This document shows positions 9,511 to 17,743 of a stretch of DNA of 56,909 nt, piece by piece. The position numbers and the translations under genes are program-made. Location of the stretch: positions 1 to 56,909 of IMG/VR virus record IMGVR_UViG_3300043416_000094; one strand, written 5' to 3'. The first letter of the stretch is position 1, and each line of letters starts with the position of its first letter. Origin of the DNA: a virus (taxonomy: Duplodnaviria > Caudoviricetes). The notes beneath the pieces were generated by a model that did not search any database, was not told the origin of the DNA, and saw only the letters and a list, made by a program, of their open reading frames with translations.

Positions 9511-10458
9511 TTAGCCGCGAACGCGACCCTGCATGTAAGCTTCGCTCAGTTCATTTTCAAGCTTGGCTGCTTCATCGTATTTACCTGACACGTTCAGTTC
9601 CCGTACCTTGTCAAATTCCATCGTCATCTGTGCTTCTGAGTAGATGCGATCTTTGACAGAGGGGGTAGTGGACGGTGCGGTATTGGCACGAGTCGGCGTG
9701 ATTTGACGTTCAAGTTCGGTCTGTCGTTGTTGACGATCGACGTTGGCAGAAGTTTGGTTGGTACTGGATTTGTAGAAGTCCACTACTTTCCTTATCTTTG
9801 CTACGTCACCGTTGTTGTACGCGAGTTCAGCAAATGCGCGTCGTGGTTCGCCAGTGTAGGGGTCGGTCTCTTCCAGCCAGTCAATCCACTTAGGATCAAC
9901 ATTGATGGCAGCAAAGTCTGGGACTTCCATCGCCAATCTTTGCTCGAAAGACATGACAGCAACATCGCCGCCGGTCTTGTTGAGAGCTTTCTCTAACTGG
10001 GCAATCTTCACGTCTCGCGCCTTAAGTTCCGAGGACAGAACTTCGCGGGCTACACGGCGTTGCACATCAATCAACTCTTGTCCGTAATCTTCAACATCTT
10101 TGTCGGAGACCAGTCTGTCTTCAGCAGAAGTGGAAGGAGCAGCCGCATCTAGTAACTCTACTTTTTCCTGCAGAGATTGGAGCGTTGTAGCTAGCTCTTT
10201 ATTCTGCTGGTGCAAGCGAGGTACTTCAGCGTTGTACTTCCCCTCTAGCGTACGGTACTTATGTTCCCAATCGCTAGTCGGTTTTACTTCAGGCTCTCTA
10301 ACTTCAGGTTCCGGTGCGATAGGCTCTTCAGCAGTAGCAGGGTCGGTTTGTTGATTGTCCACAGCGGTAGTCTCCTCGGAGTCACCAAGGGCACCCATCT
10401 GTTTCTCAATTTCCTCAACTTCACGCAGTTGCTGCTCGACTTGCTTTGGTAGGGCCAT
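9511..10458 (-). CDS. Capsid scaffolding protein
   Basis: Acidic coiled-coil protein with WEHKYRTLEGKYNAEVPRL, ending AYMQGRV; directly upstream of the capsid gene. Confidence 0.8.
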   Translation of the reverse strand: MALPKQVEQQLREVEEIEKQMGALGDSEETTAVDNQQTDPATAEEPIAPEPEVREPEVKPTSDWEHKYRTLEGKYNAEVPRLHQQNKELATTLQSLQEKVELLDAAAPSTSAEDRLVSDKDVEDYGQELIDVQRRVAREVLSSELKARDVKIAQLEKALNKTGGDVAVMSFEQRLAMEVPDFAAINVDPKWIDWLEETDPYTGEPRRAFAELAYNNGDVAKIRKVVDFYKSSTNQTSANVDRQQRQTELERQITPTRANTAPSTTPSVKDRIYSEAQMTMEFDKVRELNVSGKYDEAAKLENELSEAYMQGRVRG

Positions 10459-10546
10459 ATCAATCTCCTAAGCTCCAACTCCGCTTTTGCTCCGTCTCTA
10501 CGGTCTGCGTTAAGCGTAATGGTCAGCTACAGTTAAGGGGTAGTTG

Positions 10547-10780
10547 CTATCGCAACTTCTCTACTACATCCGCCGATGTTTCGACGGCAATCAAAAATTC
10601 TTGTAGCAAGGCTGCTCGTCCTTGAAGCCGGGCGAACGTGTCGCTATCGGCTCGTATGAGAGCATCCTTTGTTTGCGTATCTAAATTTTTAAAGAACTCC
10701 AGAAGAGGTCGCATTTCTACTGACTTCATCCGGTTCAGGGCTTGCGCTACTGGTAAGTCTACAGTATTGAAGCCCTTCAT
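10547..10780 (-). CDS. Small head-morphogenesis-region protein
   Basis: RLQGRAALLQE motif common in genes between portal and scaffold. Confidence 0.7.
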   Translation of the reverse strand: MKGFNTVDLPVAQALNRMKSVEMRPLLEFFKNLDTQTKDALIRADSDTFARLQGRAALLQEFLIAVETSADVVEKLR

Positions 10781-10786
10781 GCGAGC

Positions 10787-10815
10787 ACATTATCAGTCAT
10801 AAAGTAAGGTGTCAA
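10787..10815 (-). promoter_or_regulatory. Sigma70-type promoter, probably giving a leaderless mRNA
   Basis: TTGACA-17 nt-TAATGT-6 nt-ATG on the minus strand; no SD sequence. Confidence 0.65.
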
Positions 10816-10853
10816 TCAAGTTTGGGGCTTATCAGCCCCTATTTAGGGGTAAC

Positions 10854-11012
10854 TTACTTCTTTTTGGCAGATTTCATGTTCCGCATACCCATCATCATAT
10901 GCATTCCTTCCTTCTTTTCAGCCTTTTTGTAGGCTGCAGGAGCCAATTTACGCTCCTTTTTTTCCATTTTCTTGGGTTCTTTCGACTCGTACATTGCCAT
11001 CATTTTAGCCAT
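10854..11012 (-). CDS. 52-aa Lys/Met-rich basic protein (not in ORF track)
   Basis: GAGGTG RBS; translates as MAKMMAMYESKEPKKMEKKERKLAPAAYKKAEKKEGMHMMMGMRNMKSAKKK. Confidence 0.7.
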   Translation of the reverse strand: MAKMMAMYESKEPKKMEKKERKLAPAAYKKAEKKEGMHMMMGMRNMKSAKKK

Positions 11013-11086
11013 AAATCACCTCATTTTTATCAAAGTTTGGGCTAAAAACGCCCGTTGGCCCATATTTCTGGGTATTTTTGCTGCAA

Positions 11087-11320
11087 TTACCTGTATCCCG
11101 CTGTCTTCTTGGCGATACTCTTTGGTTGAGCTACAAACTGCTTACCTGCGGCCTTGCCCTTGCGTTTAGCTTTGGTTGTTGCTGCGTACTCGGCAGGGGT
11201 AAGGGCTTTAATAGCAGCTTCAGGCAGGTATCGTTCACCCGTCTTTGACGAGGGTTTACCTGACTTAGTACGCCATTTCTGGTCACCCCAATCTTTAAGA
11301 GATTGTTGTTGCGCTTTCAA
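11087..11320 (-). CDS. Small basic protein
   Basis: TTG start overlapping the upstream TGA; QSLKDW..QKWRTKSGK..ERYLP motif. Confidence 0.75.
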   Translation of the reverse strand: MKAQQQSLKDWGDQKWRTKSGKPSSKTGERYLPEAAIKALTPAEYAATTKAKRKGKAAGKQFVAQPKSIAKKTAGYR

Positions 11321-11496
11321 TCTTTGTAACCCCCGCCAGCGGCTTTATACTTCTTGGCAACTAACTGGGCTTTACGAGCAGACCACTGGCCAGCGTCAGT
11401 TCCTTGAACAGCAGCGGCTTTAACCGAAGACACTATCCGTTTACGTAAGGTAGGTTTGGTGTAGTTGCCCGCAGCGTTCACTTTAGACTTGGCCAT
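11317..11496 (-). CDS. 59-aa basic protein (not in ORF track)
   Basis: Translates as MAKSKVNAAGNYTKPTLRKRIVSSVKAAAVQGTDAGQWSARKAQLVAKKYKAAGGGYKD; RBS-like GGGGGTG upstream. Confidence 0.75.
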   Translation of the reverse strand: MAKSKVNAAGNYTKPTLRKRIVSSVKAAAVQGTDAGQWSARKAQLVAKKYKAAGGGYKD

Positions 11497-11512
11497 ACAG
11501 GATCACCCCCTT

Positions 11513-11767
11513 TCAACACTTCCAAGCCCGAAGGCTTTTGTTGATACGGCTATTCGGGTCTTTCGCTGTCTTCTCGGAAGTCAGCTTCTTCTTCATACCG
11601 GTCATTCTGGCGCAGAACGAGTCCTTGCGCTTGCCACCTTCCGGTTGGGGGGCTTTGAGTCCGGGTTTCCCCGGATTCGCTGCGTTGTAGGAGGCTCTGC
11701 CTTTGGCGTTCAAACCACCACTCTCGGCTTTGCCTTCTTTGCGTTGCCATGCAGGTGTCTTAGCCAT
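11513..11767 (-). CDS. Small basic protein (DUF6321-like)
   Basis: PAWQRKEGK..GGLNAKGRASY..RKDSFCARM..SLRAWKC, recognised by eye as a recurrent phage family. Confidence 0.75.
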   Translation of the reverse strand: MAKTPAWQRKEGKAESGGLNAKGRASYNAANPGKPGLKAPQPEGGKRKDSFCARMTGMKKKLTSEKTAKDPNSRINKSLRAWKC

Positions 11768-11769
11768 GA

Positions 11770-12159
11770 TTATTTCAGGAAACGAAGTTTATAGATGGTA
11801 CGGTCAATCAACGCAGCGATCTCGTCGATGATGTTCTGAATGTAGCTCTCTTCGCACACCATTTCACGATTGGAAGACACGTACTCTTTCAAGTACATCA
11901 TGTACTCGATCGGTTCGGTAGGGATAGTGAACGTGCTCGGGTACTTCATAATGATTCCCCGCGCCTGATACACCTCTACGAGACTGTCAGTCAGACCGAC
12001 AATGTTCTCGTAGTACTCTCCAAGGGCACTATGCTGGGAGAACGACGTAGACTGCAGGTGCAGGATGTGTGCATTGGTAGCACTGTGCAGCAAACACATA
12101 ACAAAGTCTGCGGTAGCAGCATCGTTAACGGGCATGTTTAAACCAAGACCTTTGGCCAT
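11770..12159 (-). CDS. Ferritin/Dps-like four-helix protein
   Basis: HILHLQ..SFSQHSALGEYYE..DSLVEVYQ..QNIIDEI..YKL pattern. Confidence 0.65.
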   Translation of the reverse strand: MAKGLGLNMPVNDAATADFVMCLLHSATNAHILHLQSTSFSQHSALGEYYENIVGLTDSLVEVYQARGIIMKYPSTFTIPTEPIEYMMYLKEYVSSNREMVCEESYIQNIIDEIAALIDRTIYKLRFLK

Positions 12160-12176
12160 AGCAGTATCCTAAGAGG

Positions 12177-14366
12177 TTATCCGTTAGCGCCAGTGACTTG
12201 GTTAACCATCAAACTACCCTGACGGCCACCAGCTACCTGCCCATCGGGGAGTGTAACAGGGGGTTTTGCATTTGGATTAGGTTGAGGCAAGCTAAGCCCA
12301 CCGCCGCTTGGAGCACTTCCGTCAGCAGCAGGGCCTACGGTCTTTATTGCACCGGTAAGTGTGCCGTACTCATCTTTTATGTACTCAATCTGTTCTTGGC
12401 GCGGCTGCATAGCTGCCTGCATTGCGGCTTGTTGCTGCTGTGCTGCTTGCTGCTGCTGGGCTTGCAAAGTCTCAACGTTAGGAACAATCTTGTCTATGTT
12501 CATGTCAAGCATTGAAGCGTGTTCGCGTAGCAGTTCAGCCGTACCAAGCGGCCCAACAATACTCTGAGCAATTTGGTTAGTGAGCACCAGTTGCAGGAAC
12601 TCAGTCCTACGAACAGCCGCCGACTCCTTGGCCACCAGACTCATAGCGCCTTTGGCAACTATGTTCACATCACCAATCAGATCGGGGTCTTGGCTATAGC
12701 GCAGGTTGTGTTGGTACAACCGCTCCAGTAGGGGAGTGAGTACACCTTGGTCAATCGAACTGATAACAGACTTGATCGACTTGGAAGCGTTGGAGATCAA
12801 CATCGACAGACCAGATGCCGTACGCCCAGCACCCGGAGCATTCTCGCCGGTCATGTAGCGCGGAATGCCAGAGTACTCGTCCGCCAAAGACTGAAACTTC
12901 TCAAACACGCCCATAAGCTCGTTGGCGTTACTCTGCGGTTGGAAGAACGTCATAGGCTGGCTGGCGTCTTGGTAGTCCGAGTTCTGGAACTGCCAAATCT
13001 TCCACGGGTACATCTGGGTGATCGGTTCCCCAGCGGGCAAGCGACTGACGTTGATGCCAACTTGCGGGCCTGATGAAATACCCATGTTATTTGACAAAGC
13101 CCGCGCTGCGGCATTGCACATGCTCTGGCAGTCACGGATCAAATCAGCCACGCCGTTGCCCCAGAACGCGCCGGGTACTTTCTCGTACGAAGCCGTGTAG
13201 TACGGCTTACGAGCTAGCGGATCGTAGTTCAACACCGCCTTGATGACGGTAGAGCCGATCAACCAAATCTCACACGGGTACATCTTTTCTTTGTCAGGAA
13301 CGTCATCAGCGGACATGCCCCACTCTACAAGCAACTTGCCCTGCACCGAGTCCCACAGTTGGAGCGCGTCGATCACATCCTTGGCTCGCTCGGTTTCAGC
13401 GGTGTACTTGCCAATAGCTGTGCTGACTTCCTGATCTATTGAGATCATGTCGTGCATTCCGCCCCCAGTCTGGAAGTTTTCCAGAATGTTACGTAGGGCT
13501 GGCTCACTGTACCCCTCAACGCCGATCAGAGCTTGAATGTCTTCTCGCGTAAGACGATGGCGCTCAATAAAGTATCCATCATGCGGAGACGAAGCCCAAG
13601 GTGAGGGGTAGCACATGAACGGATCAACGCGCTCCCATTCCAACACGATTCGTTCGATTGGAACAAGTCCACTACCCTGCCACTGCAACGACTTGCGTTT
13701 GCGGGCAACCGGCCCTTTCAGTATGGCCGTCGGGTAGGTAACAATGTCATCTATGAAAGCGGACATAGCGTCGCGGAAGTGACCTTCCTGCAACTGATCT
13801 TCCATTTTCATCGACATCCGATCAACGCGCTTATCAGCTTCGTCTTTCAGATGGCGCATTGCCTCGTCGCGCATCCGTTCCCACTCAGCACGGACTACTT
13901 CCTCAGTGGGAGGTTCTCCGGTAGTCTCAACCAACATCTGTACAGCTTGAGTAAGTGCAGCCTCAGCCATACGATTAACGTCTGGGGGTAGATCAGGAAT
14001 TGGAGTGCTGTCAATAGTCCACGGCTTGTCACTGCCAGAACCCAACAAAGTATCACGAAGCCAGCTTGCTGCTCCACGACACTTGGTGGAAGTCAGCATC
14101 ATAAAAATCTCAGAGCCGCCCATCTTCTTGATCTGAGTCAAGATGTCCGGATCGTACTCGCCATTGCGTTGACGCAAGCACTGCAGTAGACGTTGCTCGG
14201 GAATCTGCTTGGCAGTACGAGCTGCTTGCCATCGGGTTCTTACATGAGCAGCGAGTCCCTGAATGACGGGATTAGTTTGCTGTGCATCGTACTCAGCTTG
14301 CTGCTGAGCTTGCTTCTGAGTTTCCAGTTGCGTCGAACTGGATACAGGAATCAGGGCCAAAGCCAT
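12177..14366 (-). CDS. Portal protein
   Basis: 729 aa directly after TerL; FWGNGVADL and RTASGLSML motifs; Gln-rich tail. Confidence 0.88.
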   Translation of the reverse strand: MALALIPVSSSTQLETQKQAQQQAEYDAQQTNPVIQGLAAHVRTRWQAARTAKQIPEQRLLQCLRQRNGEYDPDILTQIKKMGGSEIFMMLTSTKCRGAASWLRDTLLGSGSDKPWTIDSTPIPDLPPDVNRMAEAALTQAVQMLVETTGEPPTEEVVRAEWERMRDEAMRHLKDEADKRVDRMSMKMEDQLQEGHFRDAMSAFIDDIVTYPTAILKGPVARKRKSLQWQGSGLVPIERIVLEWERVDPFMCYPSPWASSPHDGYFIERHRLTREDIQALIGVEGYSEPALRNILENFQTGGGMHDMISIDQEVSTAIGKYTAETERAKDVIDALQLWDSVQGKLLVEWGMSADDVPDKEKMYPCEIWLIGSTVIKAVLNYDPLARKPYYTASYEKVPGAFWGNGVADLIRDCQSMCNAAARALSNNMGISSGPQVGINVSRLPAGEPITQMYPWKIWQFQNSDYQDASQPMTFFQPQSNANELMGVFEKFQSLADEYSGIPRYMTGENAPGAGRTASGLSMLISNASKSIKSVISSIDQGVLTPLLERLYQHNLRYSQDPDLIGDVNIVAKGAMSLVAKESAAVRRTEFLQLVLTNQIAQSIVGPLGTAELLREHASMLDMNIDKIVPNVETLQAQQQQAAQQQQAAMQAAMQPRQEQIEYIKDEYGTLTGAIKTVGPAADGSAPSGGGLSLPQPNPNAKPPVTLPDGQVAGGRQGSLMVNQVTGANG

Positions 14367-14392
14367 TATTAGGCTCCCACGGTTGTTTCCCT

Positions 14393-14422
14393 ACTGTAAC
14401 AGGTTACCACGATACTACGCAA
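14393..14422 (-). promoter_or_regulatory. Possible sigma70 promoter for the portal operon
   Basis: TTGCGT-18 nt-TACAGT with an extended -10 TG, just downstream of the TerL terminator. Confidence 0.4.
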
Positions 14423-14425
14423 TAG

Positions 14426-14460
14426 AAAAACCCCCCACACCCGGAACCGGGTGCGAGGGC
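14426..14460 (-). terminator. Intrinsic terminator after terL
   Basis: CCCTCGCACCCGG / CCGGGTGTGGGGGG hairpin followed by TTTTT. Confidence 0.7.
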
Positions 14461-14513
14461 CAAGTGCCAGAGGATGGTCTGGCAACGAAGGAGATGAAGC
14501 AGATGGCATTATA

Positions 14514-15932
14514 TCATGCCGCCCAGCCTGCGGAAGAAACTGTCTGAACTTCCCGTCTAGCACCAGACGACATGGCCGTCGCCCCTGCATTATCTATACC
14601 CAGAGCCAGATACTGCAGCGCATCCTGATCGTGGCTGAACGCATCTTTCATAGGGGAAGTCTCGTACTCCCCGTTCTGCTTTCGCTTGTACTTGTACCCG
14701 CCGTACAGTCCCTGTATCAAGTGCTTGCACCGGGGGTCGATCAGGAACATGGCCTTGCCATCTATTTGCTTAGAAAATAGTTTTTCTACAGCAGCTATCC
14801 GTTTCTCTGGAATATTCGTAGGCGCTCGCATGGCAGACATACCCTGCCTTCGGAACACGTCGGCCACCGATTCCTCACTTATCTGGGTTTTAGCCCACCC
14901 CGCAGGGTCACCAATTACCAGAACTCTGTTACGTGGAAACCTCTTTGCAAGCAAGGGCTTGACGTATTCTTCTAGAAATTTCTCTAGGCCAATGTTCTCC
15001 TCGTACAAGGAGTCCAGCACGTTGACCGCCCCCTTCGGGGTGCGCTGGCCAAACACCGCCGCCGGGGTTCTTCCGAAGTCCATCCCAATCATTATCGGGT
15101 AGTTCTCAAACTCTATGGGCAGCAGGGGTTCTTTGGCAACGTGGAAGTCTTTGACAAACGACGTTTCATACACCGCCCGTCCTACCAACGACCGACCGTA
15201 CTCGCCGTGGACATGCACCCGAATGAAGTCCTCGGACGCCCCATCCATCATGTCCTCGTAGTAGGTAGGCCCGAGCGCATCCAAGTTCTCGGCATGTGGG
15301 GACGTGCCGCTGGGCTGTTTGAATATCTCCCAACCGTTTGGCTTCTTCACTTCAAACTGCTCGTACAGCCAAGAATCTTCGGACGGCGGGTTTGTATCCA
15401 TGATCAACCCAGACCAGTACTGCTTCTCTCCGGGCGGCAGCATGGCCTTTGACGGGTAGCGCGGCATCCGGGTACGGGCTGCAATTATCAGGTCAGGATG
15501 TACTTCACGGGCTTCATTGACAAACACTCCGGTCACTTCAAGGGACAGCAGTCGGCGTTGGTCATCCGGGGTATCCAATGGGATGAACATGATCTCTGCC
15601 CGGATGTCGTCTAGCTCCAAATAGAAAGTCGAGTCCGACTCCTTCCAGTGGCCAACTATCCCATCAGGAAACCACTGAGTCCAAGTTTTGAACGTGGTTT
15701 TCTTTAACTGATCTCTTGTGTTACGCACGATGACCCACCGGCTTCTGCGAAAGCCATCTTTGCACTTGGGCATCTCGTAGCACCGGCGCAGTATCTCAAA
15801 GCAACACACCGTGGACTTGCCAGAGCCAACCGGCCCCATGATAAGGCGCACCGAAGAGGTAGCCGCCATGAACTTTTCGCCCGTGGGCGTGGTGGTGTAG
15901 TCAATCTCGTGCTTGGCTGAGACTTTACTCAT
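14514..15932 (-). CDS. terL: Terminase large subunit
   Basis: Walker A GPVGSGKS, Walker B VFVNE, coupling motif DTNPP, nuclease motifs GMDFG and SHDQDALQY. Confidence 0.95.
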   Translation of the reverse strand: MSKVSAKHEIDYTTTPTGEKFMAATSSVRLIMGPVGSGKSTVCCFEILRRCYEMPKCKDGFRRSRWVIVRNTRDQLKKTTFKTWTQWFPDGIVGHWKESDSTFYLELDDIRAEIMFIPLDTPDDQRRLLSLEVTGVFVNEAREVHPDLIIAARTRMPRYPSKAMLPPGEKQYWSGLIMDTNPPSEDSWLYEQFEVKKPNGWEIFKQPSGTSPHAENLDALGPTYYEDMMDGASEDFIRVHVHGEYGRSLVGRAVYETSFVKDFHVAKEPLLPIEFENYPIMIGMDFGRTPAAVFGQRTPKGAVNVLDSLYEENIGLEKFLEEYVKPLLAKRFPRNRVLVIGDPAGWAKTQISEESVADVFRRQGMSAMRAPTNIPEKRIAAVEKLFSKQIDGKAMFLIDPRCKHLIQGLYGGYKYKRKQNGEYETSPMKDAFSHDQDALQYLALGIDNAGATAMSSGARREVQTVSSAGWAA

Positions 15933-16389
15933 CGTCAGGATCGTCAGCAAAGGGTTCGACTTCTTCTGGTACGGCGTACTTTTTCTCTGGTAAAGCTAGA
16001 GTTGCTTCTTCTACAGTTTCTTCATCAGAAGACATGCTGGCGCTCTCTATTACTAAAGGAGAAGAGTTTTTAGAAGGCATGTTGATCGTGATGGATACAA
16101 GGCCACCGACAACTTCCTTTGCCAAGTTCTTGGCAGCTAGACCGGATAGTTTGTAGTTGGCATCCAACGCATCGACCAAAGTCTTAACAGAGGCAGCGTC
16201 ATCAACGGCTCTCTTGGTCAACTTCTCAGCCAGTATATCCACGTTTACCAACGCCTTCTGTCGAATGAACTCGGATAGGAATTTCTCCGCATCCGTTTCG
16301 GACAAGGTTGGTGGTACGCCAGAGATAGGGCCAGTCGGTAATGCAAACCCAAGATCAACGGCGGGAGCGATCGTATCGTAATCGGGCAT
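15925..16389 (-). CDS. Putative terminase small subunit
   Basis: Overlaps the terL start; 154 aa with a VSITINM strand. Assigned by position only. Confidence 0.55.
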   Translation of the reverse strand: MPDYDTIAPAVDLGFALPTGPISGVPPTLSETDAEKFLSEFIRQKALVNVDILAEKLTKRAVDDAASVKTLVDALDANYKLSGLAAKNLAKEVVGGLVSITINMPSKNSSPLVIESASMSSDEETVEEATLALPEKKYAVPEEVEPFADDPDDE

Positions 16390-16544
16390 ACCTTAACTAT
16401 ACATGATGTTTAGAGAAAATGGTAGTAAAGTTAAACTTTATAGGGTGAAAAAAGTAGCTGGGATATATGAGAGTCCATTCAGTGGGAGGGTGGGGGCGTT
16501 GCCTCTGTGTCCCTGTGGGGCGGGGGGTCGGTCGGTCAAAAAAT

Positions 16545-16581
16545 CTACACACACGCCGCCCCTATCCTACACACACGCCGC
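16545..16581 (+). repeat. 15-bp direct repeat CTACACACACGCCGC x2 (22-bp period)
   Basis: Copies at 16545-16559 and 16567-16581, next to a G-tract region. Confidence 0.8.
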
Positions 16582-16600
16582 GCCGCGCTTTACAGCATCC

Positions 16601-17160
16601 CCCTATTGTAGGGAACGCAGCGAAGATAGACGATTCGAAACGGACAAAACTGCATAAGGAAAACGGCGGGACGGCATGAATCAGCCCCCTGATACGCTCC
16701 AAATGCACAATGCGGGATCGTTGATTACATAGTGCGTGAACTACTTGGCAGTTAACCGCGACTTGGTTAACTCGGAAAACCCTAGGGATGAAATGCGATC
16801 TCCGGAAAAATTGGGTGTAGGCAAAGGTGAAGAGCCGAATTATCTTCATCCGTTGAATTGAGCGCATTAGCGCAGTCCGATTGGACTAATCAATTCAGGT
16901 AGGCACAATAATCTACTGTACGCTTGTCCGGACTACCGGATCGGCAATAAAGATAGAGGGTCGTTCTCACAGGCTGAATTTTCCTGACGACAGTGCCGCT
17001 TCCTACCAATCAGGTAGGTAAGGCTGGGGAGTCTATCCCTAACCTACGCACCGATTATGGTGCAGGGTTAGGCTTACCTTTGGCAAGGGTAAGTGACTCC
17101 CTAATCAATCTTAGATAGTTAGGGTTAATTAGGGAGTCAGCATCCGCTGATTCCCAGCCT
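16601..17160 (+). ncRNA. Candidate large structured RNA (~560 nt) of unrecognised family
   Basis: About 15 hand-identified stems in nested multiloops, many with G-U pairs that work only on the + strand; no convincing ORF. Confidence 0.65.
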
Positions 17161-17177
17161 AATTATTGGAGATATCC

Positions 17178-17687
17178 ATGAAAGCTAAATTCCTCGAAGT
17201 AGCCAAAGCCAGCACCATGATTACCAGTATCGCCAAGCGATCGGCAAAGCTGGATACTGATATTCAGCAAGTGGCAATGGCTGCAATTTTTCATTGCAAC
17301 ACGCACAACAATGCGTCCATTGGCATGAATCTGGTGGGGGCGTTGTCTGGCGGTACGCGCCGCACTAGCCTTATCGTTTACTTGTGCACTCACGGAAAGT
17401 TCGAGTGGAACAAGGACGCTAAGGCGTTGGAGTTTGCTAAGCGCGATGATGTTCTGGTCGATGCCGACGCCCTTCATGCCGTGTTGTCGGCTAACCTTTG
17501 GCATGATGCCGTGCAAGAGAAAGACCCGTCCGAGTACCTTGATGTAGCTAAGTCTGTCGCCAGTCTTATCAAGCGTATTCAGAAGGCAACCGCCGAGGGA
17601 CAGCGTATCGAGTGGGGCACAGATTCCACCGCCATGCTGTTGAAGGCTGTTGTTGTCGATGGTTGCGAGATCAACATTGCAGAGTAA
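17178..17687 (+). CDS. First early gene, conserved-looking hypothetical phage protein (169 aa)
   Basis: GGAG RBS just after the structured RNA; followed by a terminator. Confidence 0.85.
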   Translation: MKAKFLEVAKASTMITSIAKRSAKLDTDIQQVAMAAIFHCNTHNNASIGMNLVGALSGGTRRTSLIVYLCTHGKFEWNKDAKALEFAKRDDVLVDADALHAVLSANLWHDAVQEKDPSEYLDVAKSVASLIKRIQKATAEGQRIEWGTDSTAMLLKAVVVDGCEINIAE

Positions 17688-17705
17688 CCACCGCACCGCC
17701 AACCC

Positions 17706-17735
17706 GCCCCCATGCTTCCACAGATGGGGGCTTTT
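17706..17735 (+). terminator. Intrinsic terminator
   Basis: GCCCCCAT-10 nt-ATGGGGGC followed by TTTT. Confidence 0.75.
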
Positions 17736-17743
17736 CCGTTTGT

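Noticed and set aside
8525-9514. 329-aa + strand ORF opposite the capsid gene
   Set aside because: Antisense open frame expected from biased codon usage; no RBS or recognisable motif.
16403-16867. Short ORFs in the divergent intergenic region
   Set aside because: No convincing RBS, mutually overlapping and not protein-like; the region is better explained by RNA structure.
16601-17160. Group I/II intron, tmRNA or RNase P identity for the structured region
   Set aside because: It interrupts no gene, and I could not find the catalytic-core or tRNA-like terminal motifs by eye. A covariance-model search is still needed.
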